This document shows positions 17,688 to 27,819 of a stretch of DNA of 64,000 nt, one piece after another. The stretch is from a virus. The translations under genes and the position numbers were made by a program. The stretch lies in the IMG/VR virus record IMGVR_UViG_3300021961_011210, positions 8,886 to 72,885 of that record; one strand, written 5' to 3'. Position 1 is the stretch's first letter. Each line of letters starts with the position of its first letter. Under the pieces are notes generated by a model. It did not search any database. It had not been told where the DNA came from and saw only the letters and a list, made by a program, of their open reading frames with translations.

Positions 17688-17858
17688 ATGGCAGATCAGA
17701 ACGTTGTAGGTTATTTACCTGGCTCAGGTGACACTTTAGGTGTCGTTGCAGAATTTTATAGCCCTCACCCAGTATGGACTGAAGGGGAAGACCCTTCACA
17801 AACTGTCACACAAGGAAATGCAATCACATTAGGTGGTTTTAACGGATTAAACAATTAA
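17688..17858 (+). CDS. Small hypothetical (probably structural) protein, absent from the ORF track
   Basis: 56 aa MADQNVVGYLPGSGDT...PHPVWT...AITLGGFNGLNN; TATTTAT at 17666-17672. Confidence 0.7.
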   Translation: MADQNVVGYLPGSGDTLGVVAEFYSPHPVWTEGEDPSQTVTQGNAITLGGFNGLNN

Positions 17859-17869
17859 TTATAAAAAAA

Positions 17870-19120
17870 ATGGGAGATTTAAAACCTATTGGAAGTGAAA
17901 AATTAACAGGACAGGCGAAACTTGCAAGAATCATGGAAATTGCAAGATATGGTGAAGCACCTAAGTCCGAGATAAATGAGACATCTACTAAAGAATACTC
18001 ACGTGTATTAGCAGATGGTTACACTTATGCTATCATCAAAGAAAAATCAGGATACATCATCAAAAAAGGTATCAACGAATCTGAGTTGGAATATATTGAA
18101 CCAATGAAGAATAGAAAATATCACAAATCATTTTCACAAGCAATGAAAAAGGTTAATTTGGTTGCTGGTGAATTGAATAGGTTACATGAAAATCATGAGG
18201 GTTTATCTTTATTTGGTGAGCAAAAAAAGTTTGTTTTAAAAACTCCTGAAAGTGAAGTGGACGTGACTCCCGCACCGTCGGATGAACCAACTGATATTGC
18301 GGTTGATTCAGAACCTCAAACTGATGATGAGTTGGATATTGATATGAGTGCCGATGAAACACCTATGGGTGATGAGACGGATTTAGATATTACTGCGGAT
18401 GATGAAGCTGAAGGTGACATCGATACCGATTTGGATGTTGAAATGGGAGGTGATGAAATGCCGAACGCAGATGATGAAGAAATGAGTTTCAAAACCATCG
18501 AAAAATTAACAGGTAAGTTGGGACAAAAATTAAGAAAAATGGATCAAGCTGAGGGTTTATCGTCAGATAATATGAAGTACGTTATAAATTCCATTTTGTC
18601 TGCTTTGGATTTAGAAAACTTAGATGAGGCTGATAGAGAAGACATCTTAGCGTATTTCGATGAAGATGAAGACAGTATTGATTATGGTGTTGATGATGAA
18701 TCAGATTTAGATGTTGAAGTTGGTGATGAGCTTGACTTGGACATTGATTCGGATGTTGAACTTGAACCCGAAACTCAAGAAGTTGAAATGAAAGAAGACG
18801 ATGGGAATAATACCAACGAATTATATTCTGAGTCAAAAATTGATAGAGTACTTTCTAAGTATTATAAAGAAACAGAATCTGAACAAACTTTGAATGAAAA
18901 TAAGAAGGTTCAGAACTTCTTAAAAAACAAGATTAAAACTGTTTCTGTTAAATCAATGATTAGGGAATTCGCGGAAACTGTTGAGCAGGAATTGGCGTCA
19001 GAGTTTTTAGTGAAAGAAAGTGATAACCTGAAATTCATCGGTAAAACAAATTTAAAAAATTTGGTTTTTGAAGCTGATGGTAAAGAAGTAAAAATTACAC
19101 GTTCAGGTGAGATATTATGA
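17870..19120 (+). CDS. Acidic head-associated hypothetical protein
   Basis: 416 aa with long D/E tracts and many hydrophobic-x-E motifs; lies in the late operon upstream of the terminase. Confidence 0.75.
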   Translation: MGDLKPIGSEKLTGQAKLARIMEIARYGEAPKSEINETSTKEYSRVLADGYTYAIIKEKSGYIIKKGINESELEYIEPMKNRKYHKSFSQAMKKVNLVAGELNRLHENHEGLSLFGEQKKFVLKTPESEVDVTPAPSDEPTDIAVDSEPQTDDELDIDMSADETPMGDETDLDITADDEAEGDIDTDLDVEMGGDEMPNADDEEMSFKTIEKLTGKLGQKLRKMDQAEGLSSDNMKYVINSILSALDLENLDEADREDILAYFDEDEDSIDYGVDDESDLDVEVGDELDLDIDSDVELEPETQEVEMKEDDGNNTNELYSESKIDRVLSKYYKETESEQTLNENKKVQNFLKNKIKTVSVKSMIREFAETVEQELASEFLVKESDNLKFIGKTNLKNLVFEADGKEVKITRSGEIL

Positions 19121-19527
19121 GTTTTTTAATCTACGTAAACGCTCTCGGACCTAATTATAAGGGAGACAATATTTACGAATTCATTTTTGGTGAAAACGTA
19201 GATAATGTTGAGGGTGATTACTGGGATTATGAACCTGCAGGTGGAAAACCAACACCACCAAATATAGAATTTATTAAGTCAGTCGGAGTTTTGAAAAATT
19301 CAGAAATAAATCTGAACCTCATTCAAAATTCCGATTTTTTTTCAGTATATGATGCAGTTGAAAATGTAATTGCGTTGGCTTGGGAAAACACTGATTCAGA
19401 GTATGTAGTTAATGGATATAAAAGATTAGTTTTTCATTACGGTGAAGATATTGCTAGTGTAAAAGATAAATTATACGAACGGGATACCGTTTTAAAATTC
19501 GATAAAAATTTAGTTGAAAATGAATAA
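19117..19527 (+). CDS. Hypothetical protein
   Basis: 136 aa, coupled to its neighbours by overlaps. Confidence 0.75.
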   Translation: MSFLIYVNALGPNYKGDNIYEFIFGENVDNVEGDYWDYEPAGGKPTPPNIEFIKSVGVLKNSEINLNLIQNSDFFSVYDAVENVIALAWENTDSEYVVNGYKRLVFHYGEDIASVKDKLYERDTVLKFDKNLVENE

Positions 19528-20290
19528 ATTGAACCCAAAAATAGTAAGTTTGATTAAAGAAGGATTCAAGTATGAAACCCTTCGACAGTTGGATAATAAA
19601 CAAATCGATGCGCTTTATAAAAGAATAGTGTCTGAAGTGACTATGGTTAGTAAAAGTGACACAGACACAATCAATAGACTTAAGTCAGAAAAAAAACCTT
19701 TTGAGGTTTACGAGGACGATACTCTTGATGATGAAGATGCTTTGGGAGCAATGGCAATGCAAGGTGACACCGGACAGCAGATGCCTCACGATGCTGATGA
19801 TATGGCACCAGACGGTATGAGTGATGATTCAGATGATGACAGAAAGATGATGTCGGACGGAGAGGTTAAAGAAAAGTTTCAATCAAAAGCACAGCAAGGT
19901 TATTTCTTTGCTAGATGTGAAGAAGAAGGTCCAAAATCTAAATGGTGTAAAATGGCAGATGAATTTGCATCCAAAACTAAAAATTGGAAAAAATTACCTG
20001 AAAAAGTAAAAACAGAATCTTTCGATGAAAAAGTTGACATTATAGAGTCAACTTTACTAAATTTGATTCATAAGCACCTACCACCTCAAATGAGCAAAAA
20101 AGATTTTTTAGAGTTAGTTGAAGCAGATACAAAAGAAGCACCAACAAAAACCCCAACTAAGACTCCAAGTAAACCAGAAAGGAAAACCCCATATCAACCT
20201 AAACATAAGCCAGCTCCAAAAGCTGAACTTCCCAAAGAATTAAAGTTTGGAAGTTTAAAAATTAAATTCAAGGATGAAAAGAAAGATTAA
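19520..20290 (+). CDS. Hypothetical head-associated protein
   Basis: ATG at 19520 (TTG at 19514 possible); contains a KFQSKAQQGYFF...W.KMADEF...T...KLPEKV module. Confidence 0.75.
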   Translation: MNKLNPKIVSLIKEGFKYETLRQLDNKQIDALYKRIVSEVTMVSKSDTDTINRLKSEKKPFEVYEDDTLDDEDALGAMAMQGDTGQQMPHDADDMAPDGMSDDSDDDRKMMSDGEVKEKFQSKAQQGYFFARCEEEGPKSKWCKMADEFASKTKNWKKLPEKVKTESFDEKVDIIESTLLNLIHKHLPPQMSKKDFLELVEADTKEAPTKTPTKTPSKPERKTPYQPKHKPAPKAELPKELKFGSLKIKFKDEKKD

Positions 20291-21536
20291 CGAAGCACCT
20301 ATATCTTATGATTCACCCGAAAGGATGGATCCGAGTTTACAGTCCAAATTAGAAAAAGGAGAAACACCATTTTCAGAAAATCCAGCTTTACCAAGTTCTG
20401 AACCTGATTCTTTTGAAGAAATAATTGCATCCAAAAGATTTAAAGATGTCGTTGAAAAGGTAAAAAGATATACTGGTTTACAAACCGTAACAAATCAAAA
20501 TGCATTCATGCAGTTACAAATGATGATGATGAATGCGGTACGTGAAGTAAAAGGTATAGAAAACAGACATACAGAGGAACTTGAAAACTTGGCAATTGAA
20601 TTAGTAAAGAAAGAGTTGGCAATACCTGAGGATGCTTTTCAGTATGATGTCCAACTATCAACGGGTATGGGACAGGTTGACACAAGTAAAATGAGGAAAA
20701 CTTCAGAAGAACCTACACCCGAAGAAATACAACAAGAATTTAACGTATCTGAAGATGAAGCTGAAGAGGACATTTTGAATTTCATTGATGCGTTCGAAAA
20801 ATTCGACTTGGAAAAAGCAAAAAGAAGATTTATCAACTCACTTATACAAGGAGCATCTAAGAAAGGACATTATATGTTCGAATTAATAAGTACAGAATTG
20901 AATGCAATCGATAATAGATTATTGAATCTTTACGGGGTTTTAATGTCTATTAATGATTTGTTATATTGGGTGATGCCTGACGAAATGATGCAAATGATGA
21001 GTGGTTCGGGACAAAGTGCTGAGGGTAGTACGGAGGTTGATCCAGAAACTGATCCTCCAACAATTAAAGCTAAAGGTTTATTTTTCCCCATTCTTGTTCA
21101 CGAAATTATCAAAGGGGTTTATGAAGTACTTGGAAGTCAGGGATTGCCTGATGATCCCAAGAAGGCTGAAATGGTTATGGCGTCCCAAGACACTCTTCCT
21201 TATGAAATATGGGATTTAAGGTTAGGTCCCGTAATTTGGGAAAAGTTTGTAGAGGCATATCCTGACGAACTTTTTGAAGATGACATGAGAGAAATTCAAA
21301 ATTATTTATTCTCAAGATTTTCAATGCTAACAACTGAAGAATTCTTCGAAGTCGCTAAATTAATATTGTCAGGTTCAAAAGAAGGTAAAACTGTTGTTAA
21401 AAAAATGGTTGACGAAATTGTAGAAGAATTGCGTAACGAAGAGTATAAATCAGTAATGGATTTGATGTCGGACGAAGAAGATGATGACGACTTTACAGAT
21501 TTCTTAGGTTCTTTGGGGATAGGACCTTCAAAATAA
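20274..21536 (+). CDS. Hypothetical protein adjacent to the terminase
   Basis: 420 aa helical ORF beginning MKRKINE. Confidence 0.8.
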   Translation: MKRKINEAPISYDSPERMDPSLQSKLEKGETPFSENPALPSSEPDSFEEIIASKRFKDVVEKVKRYTGLQTVTNQNAFMQLQMMMMNAVREVKGIENRHTEELENLAIELVKKELAIPEDAFQYDVQLSTGMGQVDTSKMRKTSEEPTPEEIQQEFNVSEDEAEEDILNFIDAFEKFDLEKAKRRFINSLIQGASKKGHYMFELISTELNAIDNRLLNLYGVLMSINDLLYWVMPDEMMQMMSGSGQSAEGSTEVDPETDPPTIKAKGLFFPILVHEIIKGVYEVLGSQGLPDDPKKAEMVMASQDTLPYEIWDLRLGPVIWEKFVEAYPDELFEDDMREIQNYLFSRFSMLTTEEFFEVAKLILSGSKEGKTVVKKMVDEIVEELRNEEYKSVMDLMSDEEDDDDFTDFLGSLGIGPSK

Positions 21537-21559
21537 ACTACTCAAAATGATAAACCCCT

Positions 21560-23317
21560 TTGACAAAAGAACAAGTATTACTCGAATATGCTAAGTGCTT
21601 AAAGAATACACCTTACGCGCTTAAAACTTATTTGCAAACATACGATAATACACAGTCAAGATATGTCCCTTTGGAATTATTTCCAGATCAGGTTCACCTG
21701 ATTGAGGACTATGATACTTTTGAGGAAAATATCGCACTGAAGTACAGACAAGCAGGAGTGTCTACAGTTACTTCAGCATGGGCATCGAAAAGATTGGTTT
21801 TTGCAAAAAAAACTAAACCTGAAAAAATTCTGATTATCGCCAACAAGCAAGACACTGCAATTGAAATGGCAAATAAAATTCGTTCGTTTGTGGAGCAGTG
21901 GCCTTCATGGGTTGGGGTTGGTTTTTCTAATGAAAAAAATGCTCAAAAACATTTTAAATTAAGTAATGGTTGTGAAGTTAAAGCGGTTGCAACATCCAAA
22001 GACGCTTTGCGTGGGTATACTCCCACGATATTGATATTTGACGAAGCCGCATACATTGATGCTGATGAAGATTTCTGGTCGGCATGTATGGCTTCCCTTT
22101 CTACGGGTGGTAAAGTAATTGTAATTAGCACCCCTAACGGATTCGATCCAATATATTATGGAATCTACGAACAAGCACTCAGAGGTATGAATGATTTCAA
22201 GATTACCGAAATGTTTTGGTATAGGGACCCGAGGTATTCCAAAGATTTGAAATTGTTAAAAGTGAAAGATATTGTCCATTACATGTTAAACAGAGAGGAT
22301 TACAAGGATGATGAAATAACTTTGGATTATAGTGATGTATCACCAAGAGAAAGAAATTTTGAAGAAATTAAAACAAAATTTAATGATGGTTATAAACCAT
22401 ACTCATCTTGGTTTGAATCTATGGCAAAAAAACTCAAGTTTGACAGAAGGAAAATCGCACAGGAATTAGAATGTAATTTTTTAGGTTCGGGTGATAGTGT
22501 TATACCTTCTGACACAATAGAAAGAATCAAAGAAAATTATATTACCAATCCTGAACATAAATTCATGGGAGGAGCTTTATGGCAGTGGAAAGAACCTGTA
22601 ATGGGACATAAATACATTATGGGTATTGACGTATCTCGTGGTGATTCCGAAGATTTCACAACTTTTAGTATCATCGATTTTGATGAAAGAGAGCAGGTAT
22701 TGGAATACTTAGGCAAAATTCCACCTGACGTTGCGGCTGAAGTTGCAATCAAATGGGCGGTTATGTATAACGCATTTGTGGTTATTGATATCACTGGGGG
22801 CATGGGTGTATCAACTTCAAGGAAAATGCAGGAACTTGGGTACAAAAATCTATATGTTGATGGGGTTAATTTTGCTGACAAATGGAAATACAATCCAAAG
22901 GCGGATGAAAAGATACCTGGAATCAATTTTAATAGCAAAAGGGTTCAGATTGTCGCCGCATTCGAAGAGGCTTTGAGACATGGATTTAAAATAAGATCCA
23001 GCAGACTTTTGAACGAATTGAATACTTTTGTTTATGTTAATGGGCGTCCCGATCACCTTAAAGGGCAACATGACGATTTAATTATGGCTTGTGCAATGCC
23101 GATATATGTTGGTGAAACTTCATTTGCCCAACTTGACAAAGTCACTGAGGTTACAAAGGCTATGGTTGAAAGTTGGACTGTAAATTCTATACCCAATAAC
23201 CATGTTACTGACTTCGATCCGAATGTTCCTGTATTCCCAAATGAGAGACTGAGTCAATTCAACACTAACCCTACAAGAGAAGAGTATTTGAAGTATTCTT
23301 GGTTATTTGGCAAATAA
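21560..23317 (+). CDS. terL: Terminase large subunit (T4 gp17-like)
   Basis: Walker A KYRQAGVST, Walker B LIFDEAA, coupling motif ISTPNG, nuclease GIDVSRG..EDF and HDDLIMA. Confidence 0.95.
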   Translation: MTKEQVLLEYAKCLKNTPYALKTYLQTYDNTQSRYVPLELFPDQVHLIEDYDTFEENIALKYRQAGVSTVTSAWASKRLVFAKKTKPEKILIIANKQDTAIEMANKIRSFVEQWPSWVGVGFSNEKNAQKHFKLSNGCEVKAVATSKDALRGYTPTILIFDEAAYIDADEDFWSACMASLSTGGKVIVISTPNGFDPIYYGIYEQALRGMNDFKITEMFWYRDPRYSKDLKLLKVKDIVHYMLNREDYKDDEITLDYSDVSPRERNFEEIKTKFNDGYKPYSSWFESMAKKLKFDRRKIAQELECNFLGSGDSVIPSDTIERIKENYITNPEHKFMGGALWQWKEPVMGHKYIMGIDVSRGDSEDFTTFSIIDFDEREQVLEYLGKIPPDVAAEVAIKWAVMYNAFVVIDITGGMGVSTSRKMQELGYKNLYVDGVNFADKWKYNPKADEKIPGINFNSKRVQIVAAFEEALRHGFKIRSSRLLNELNTFVYVNGRPDHLKGQHDDLIMACAMPIYVGETSFAQLDKVTEVTKAMVESWTVNSIPNNHVTDFDPNVPVFPNERLSQFNTNPTREEYLKYSWLFGK

Positions 23318-23365
23318 ACTTTAGTTTAATTATCTAAAGATTACTATTTATTATAAAATTCGTAC

Positions 23366-25213
23366 ATGGCAGATAATTTGACAGTTTGGCAAAGATTAAG
23401 TAAGGTTTTCGGTCCTGATTCTACACTGGATCAGCAGAGTCCTGTTTATCAATTTGATAAAAAGGAACTGTTGAGAACAACTTCCAAACAAGAGTACGAG
23501 AAAGAAAAACTTGAAGCACAGCAAACATTATATCTTGGACAACAATGGGCAAAGGTTGAAAGTAATCTCTACACCCAGTCTGTGTATTACGAACCAACAA
23601 GACTTTCGGCGTTCTACGACTATGAGAGTATGGAATACACACCCGAGATATCCGCCGCTTTAGACATCTATGCAGAAGAATCTACAACCACAAATGAAAA
23701 CGGTTTCATGTTGCAGATTTATTCTGAGTCTAAAAGAATCAAGTCAGTACTAGCCGATTTGTTCAACAATAAGTTGGATGTAAATACCAACCTACCAATG
23801 TGGACAAGAAATACTTGTAAATACGGTGACAATTTTGTTTATCTGAAATTAGATCCTGAAAAGGGAGTTGTAGGTTGTCAACAACTACCAAACATTGAGT
23901 TGGAAAGAATTGAAAGGGGTATGAAGTATAAACCTTTAGATCAGAACAAACAAGGTGAGAGTAGAGGTTTAAAATTTACATGGAAAAACAAAGATTTGGA
24001 ATTCAACACTTGGGAAATTGCACACTTCCGTCTTTTGGGTGATGATAGAAAATTACCCTACGGTACGTCAATGTTGGAAAAGGCTAGAAGAATTTGGAAA
24101 CAACTTCTTCTTTCTGAAGATGCAATGATGATATATCGTGTATCACGAGCGCCCGAAAGAAGAGTATTCAAAGTATTTGTTGGAAATATGGATGATAAAG
24201 ATGTTGAACCATATGTACAACGTGTTGCTAATAAATTCAAAAGGGATACAGTGGTGGACAACAAAACGGGTAATGTTGATTTGAGATATAATCAAATGGC
24301 TGTCGATCAAGATTACTTCATTCCTGTAAGAGATCCGAATGCACCTAACCCTATTGATACACTACCAGGTGCTACAAACCTTTCAGAAATTGCTGACATT
24401 GAATATATCCAAAAGAAATTACTTACAGCGTTAAGAGTACCAAAAGCTTTCTTAGGATTTGAAGAGGCGGTGGGTGATGGTAAAAACTTAGCTCTACAAG
24501 ATATACGATTCGCAAGAACTATCAATAAGATTCAAAAATCGATGATTCAAGAATTGAATAAGATTGCAATCATCCACCTTTATGTTTTGGGTTTTGAAGA
24601 TGAATTGGCTAACTTTACCTTATCATTGACAAACCCATCTACACAAGCAGATTTACTGAAGGTAGAAAATTGGCAACAAAAAATTCAACTGTATAAAGAT
24701 GCTGTTGCTGATCCAGGAAATGGTATACAACCCGTTTCATCATCTTGGGCTAAAAAACATATTTTAGGGTTTTCGGATGAAGAAATTAAATTAGACATCC
24801 AACAACAACGAATCGAAAAAGCAGTTGCATCTGAACTGGAAAAAACACCTGAAGTTATTATACACACAGGATTGTTCGATAACATCGATAAATTATATGG
24901 TAAGAAACCTGGAGAAGAGGCACCTGAAGGTGGTGGGGAAGATGAGGGTGGAATCGGAGATTTAGGTGCAGATTTGGGTGGTGATTTAGGAGCCGAATTA
25001 GGTGGTGCCGGAATTACTGACACCGGAGGTGCTGAAACTGAAACACCTGAAACCCCTGTTGGTGAAACAGTCCCCGAGTCTAAAGAAAAGGATTTGAATT
25101 TAATTTTGGAAACAAACGATTTTTTACAAGAAGATTTAGAGATTGATTTGTCCAAGGCAAAAACTCCCTTGAGTGAGATTTCAAAAAAACTTGGTGAGTT
25201 ATTAAATGAATGA
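23366..25213 (+). CDS. Portal protein (T4 gp20-like)
   Basis: PYGTSMLE.AR..WKQL.L.EDAM.IYR..RAPERRVF, DYFIPVR, IDTLPG, ALRVPK, D.RFAR. Confidence 0.95.
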   Translation: MADNLTVWQRLSKVFGPDSTLDQQSPVYQFDKKELLRTTSKQEYEKEKLEAQQTLYLGQQWAKVESNLYTQSVYYEPTRLSAFYDYESMEYTPEISAALDIYAEESTTTNENGFMLQIYSESKRIKSVLADLFNNKLDVNTNLPMWTRNTCKYGDNFVYLKLDPEKGVVGCQQLPNIELERIERGMKYKPLDQNKQGESRGLKFTWKNKDLEFNTWEIAHFRLLGDDRKLPYGTSMLEKARRIWKQLLLSEDAMMIYRVSRAPERRVFKVFVGNMDDKDVEPYVQRVANKFKRDTVVDNKTGNVDLRYNQMAVDQDYFIPVRDPNAPNPIDTLPGATNLSEIADIEYIQKKLLTALRVPKAFLGFEEAVGDGKNLALQDIRFARTINKIQKSMIQELNKIAIIHLYVLGFEDELANFTLSLTNPSTQADLLKVENWQQKIQLYKDAVADPGNGIQPVSSSWAKKHILGFSDEEIKLDIQQQRIEKAVASELEKTPEVIIHTGLFDNIDKLYGKKPGEEAPEGGGEDEGGIGDLGADLGGDLGAELGGAGITDTGGAETETPETPVGETVPESKEKDLNLILETNDFLQEDLEIDLSKAKTPLSEISKKLGELLNE

Positions 25214-25234
25214 TATTTATAAAATAAAATATCT

Positions 25235-25966
25235 ATGAAATCGTTCGGACAAATTAAAAGTAATTTTGAAACTGCTTTAGTTAAAAACTATGGTAAAGAC
25301 TCTTTCAAGTCTATAATCAAAAACTTTAAAACCGTTGTTTTGGAGAGTAAAAGTCTTTCTAAGATTTTTTATCTTTATGATGACTTATTGACAAAAAAGT
25401 CTTTGTCCGAAGAAGTTGCTGTTGAATATCTGAATGAAAGTTTATCAACCTTAAAAGATTTAATAGAGAAATCCAAAGGTGAAATAGAATCTCTCCAAAT
25501 GTGGGTTGATACTTTGGTTGAAAGCGATTGTGAGAATCAATACATCAATATTGATACGGTATTATACTCAAATTCAGTAACAAAATTACAACAAGTTGCA
25601 GAGGCTAAACTTTCAATAAAAAAGTTAATCACTTCCAAAGATACAACAAAACTAAACGAGTCACTCAATTTACCATTATCTTCAATGTTGAGAATAGCGA
25701 CAAACACATTCAACAATGAGTATTCACATTTAAACGAACAAGACAAAACTACACTCAAACATTTGTTGTCTTTAAATAAAACTGAGTTAGTTGAAGAATA
25801 CAACAAAACCAAGGAAGAGGTAATGTCGAAGTTAAGTGAATCGTTGAGCTCAAGTGAAGATTCGGATTTGAAGGAAACAATTCAGCAGACAATTAACAAA
25901 ATTAATGAGTCAGAAATCGAGCTTGTTTCTTTGTACAAACTAACGCAACTGAAGGAAAATCTTTAA
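25235..25966 (+). CDS. Hypothetical head-module protein
   Basis: 243 aa helical ORF rich in L-x-E; TATTTAT at 25214-25220. Confidence 0.8.
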   Translation: MKSFGQIKSNFETALVKNYGKDSFKSIIKNFKTVVLESKSLSKIFYLYDDLLTKKSLSEEVAVEYLNESLSTLKDLIEKSKGEIESLQMWVDTLVESDCENQYINIDTVLYSNSVTKLQQVAEAKLSIKKLITSKDTTKLNESLNLPLSSMLRIATNTFNNEYSHLNEQDKTTLKHLLSLNKTELVEEYNKTKEEVMSKLSESLSSSEDSDLKETIQQTINKINESEIELVSLYKLTQLKENL

Positions 25967-26157
25967 TCCTGTTCTTTTGATTTTACGGAATTAGTATAGA
26001 CTGCTTTAAGTTTATCTTTTCGTCTTTGTACTGATTTTTTTACAAATTCCTGTTTTTTTCTAAGATACTCTAATTGTTTAGTTTTTATAACTTTATACTT
26101 GTATTTTTTGAGTGCCTTATCAATGTTTTCACCTTTTTTTATTTCGATGTGAATCAT
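25963..26157 (-). CDS. rpsU: Ribosomal protein bS21 (Bacteroidota-type)
   Basis: I.IK.GENID.ALK.YK.K..KT.....LR....F.K.SV.RR....KA.Y54; TATTTAT at 26176-26170. Confidence 0.9.
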   Translation of the reverse strand: MIHIEIKKGENIDKALKKYKYKVIKTKQLEYLRKKQEFVKKSVQRRKDKLKAVYTNSVKSKEQD

Positions 26158-26259
26158 AATTTTTTTTTAATAAATATGAATGTTTTGACAGTTTTTGACA
26201 ATTGTTAATTTAATTTTTATTATTGTACATATAATAAACATTTTACATTTATATGATTA

Positions 26260-26715
26260 ATGAAAAAAGGAAAAACTTCCAAGATAAACTTGTTCGAAAA
26301 GGCAAAATGTCATTACGGAACAGTAGATTCTAAAAATTTTAAGTCCGTCTATATCGTTTTACAAAGTTGGGTTTGTCCAAAAAAAGAACTAGAACAATGG
26401 GAAAGAACAACTTCTAATTTACACAGAAAAATAAAACATACGGTATGTGAGGTATTGGACTCACTTTATTTCGATAAAAATTTTATTGTTGATTTGGATT
26501 TGAGAAGTAGTGGAATTCAAATGGAAAAACGAAGTTTTATGAATTTGGAAATTACTTTGTTTTTAAAAAATGAAGTTGATTTCAAAAGTCCAATTTTGAA
26601 AGACAAACTAAAAACTATCATTAGTAGTGTTTATAAGTTTGACTTATTAGACTCTGAACATTTCTCACTTCATAAAACAAAAACAGAAAAAGCAATAGAT
26701 ATTCAAGATTTATGA
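26260..26715 (+). CDS. Hypothetical protein
   Basis: 151 aa; possible host-type promoter TTTG(26194-26197)-N20-TATTATTG(26218-26225). Confidence 0.8.
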   Translation: MKKGKTSKINLFEKAKCHYGTVDSKNFKSVYIVLQSWVCPKKELEQWERTTSNLHRKIKHTVCEVLDSLYFDKNFIVDLDLRSSGIQMEKRSFMNLEITLFLKNEVDFKSPILKDKLKTIISSVYKFDLLDSEHFSLHKTKTEKAIDIQDL

Positions 26716-26737
26716 GTATTTATATAAAAAAAATTCT

Positions 26738-27463
26738 ATGAAAGTTTTAAGTCCGAATGAGATTGGTAAAGGAATTCTTATTGAATACGATGCGGGGCAC
26801 GTATCACCCTACGATACGAGAAATCTCGAAGTTTTAAGAGAACAAAAAACCCAACTCGATTATTCAAAACCTTTTGAATTCTATGCGGTTTTGCAAAAGT
26901 TTAACACCCCTAATCGTAACGGAAGAATTTATCCCGAAAAAGTACTTAGAAGAGAAGCCGAAAATTACAAAAAAGCTATTGAAAAAGGGACTGCACTTTC
27001 TGAATTAAACCATCCTGAATCTTCATTGATTGACTTAGATAGGGTATCACATATCATCACAGATATTTGGTGGGAAGGAAATGTTTTGATGGGTAAGTTA
27101 AAATTATTGACATCTCCTGGTTTTCATGAAAGAGGTGTGATTTCTTGTAAAGGTGATATGGCGGCGAACTATCTAAGACAAGGTGTTACCATGGGCGTCT
27201 CATCTAGAGGAGTCGGTTCACTTGTAAAAAAGGGAGAACAAAATGAAGTTCAAGACGATTTCGAATTAATTTGTTTTGACTTAGTGTCTTCCCCGTCAAC
27301 TCCAGGTGCATATCTATTTTCCAACAAGGAAGACAGATACAAATATGACGAGAACTTAGAAGAAGAAAAAAAATTAAAAGATGAAAGAGTTATATCATCA
27401 ACATCTAAAATGGATAAGTCACTTGACTTAATGAAAAAATTATCAGATTATTTGGGAAATTAA
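26738..27463 (+). CDS. Prohead protease (T4 gp21-like)
   Basis: NRNGRIYP, ELNHP, GVSSRGVGS, DLVSSPSTPGA. Confidence 0.95.
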   Translation: MKVLSPNEIGKGILIEYDAGHVSPYDTRNLEVLREQKTQLDYSKPFEFYAVLQKFNTPNRNGRIYPEKVLRREAENYKKAIEKGTALSELNHPESSLIDLDRVSHIITDIWWEGNVLMGKLKLLTSPGFHERGVISCKGDMAANYLRQGVTMGVSSRGVGSLVKKGEQNEVQDDFELICFDLVSSPSTPGAYLFSNKEDRYKYDENLEEEKKLKDERVISSTSKMDKSLDLMKKLSDYLGN

Positions 27464-27469
27464 TTAACA

Positions 27470-27676
27470 ATGGACGAAAAATATTTTATAGCAAAAGTAC
27501 AATACGATTTGCCTGATGAAAACTCAGGACGTATTAAAAAAATCCGCGAAGAGAAATTAGTTCAAGGATACAACGTTACGGAAGTAGAGGCGAAAGTAAC
27601 AAAAAAATTTGAAGGGTTTCCACATGATTGGAGAATCACTTCAGTAGCTGAAAGTAAAATTGATGAAGTTTTTTAA
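27470..27676 (+). CDS. DUF4494-like protein
   Basis: YF.AKV.Y......G..KK..E..LV.....TE.EA...I..V.ESKI.EVF; the family is typical of Bacteroidota and their phages. Confidence 0.65.
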   Translation: MDEKYFIAKVQYDLPDENSGRIKKIREEKLVQGYNVTEVEAKVTKKFEGFPHDWRITSVAESKIDEVF

Positions 27677-27704
27677 ATTTTTTATTTAATTTTTTTTGAT
27701 TAAG

Positions 27705-27731
27705 ATCAGGACTCAGTCCTGATTTTTTTTT
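27705..27731 (+). terminator. Intrinsic terminator
   Basis: ATCAGGAC-TCA-GTCCTGAT followed by a T run. Confidence 0.8.
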
Positions 27732-27819
27732 GATCCAAATATTGTAATGTCAAATTTTTTGTAAAATGGATATATTTATAGAGTAAAATAAACCAAAACG
27801 TTTGCAAAAAAAAATAAAG

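Noticed and set aside
22240-22400. Possible intein or intron in the terminase (extra ~50 aa between ATPase and nuclease regions)
   Set aside because: The segment is too short, lacks intein terminal motifs (C/S start, HN end) and does not break the frame.
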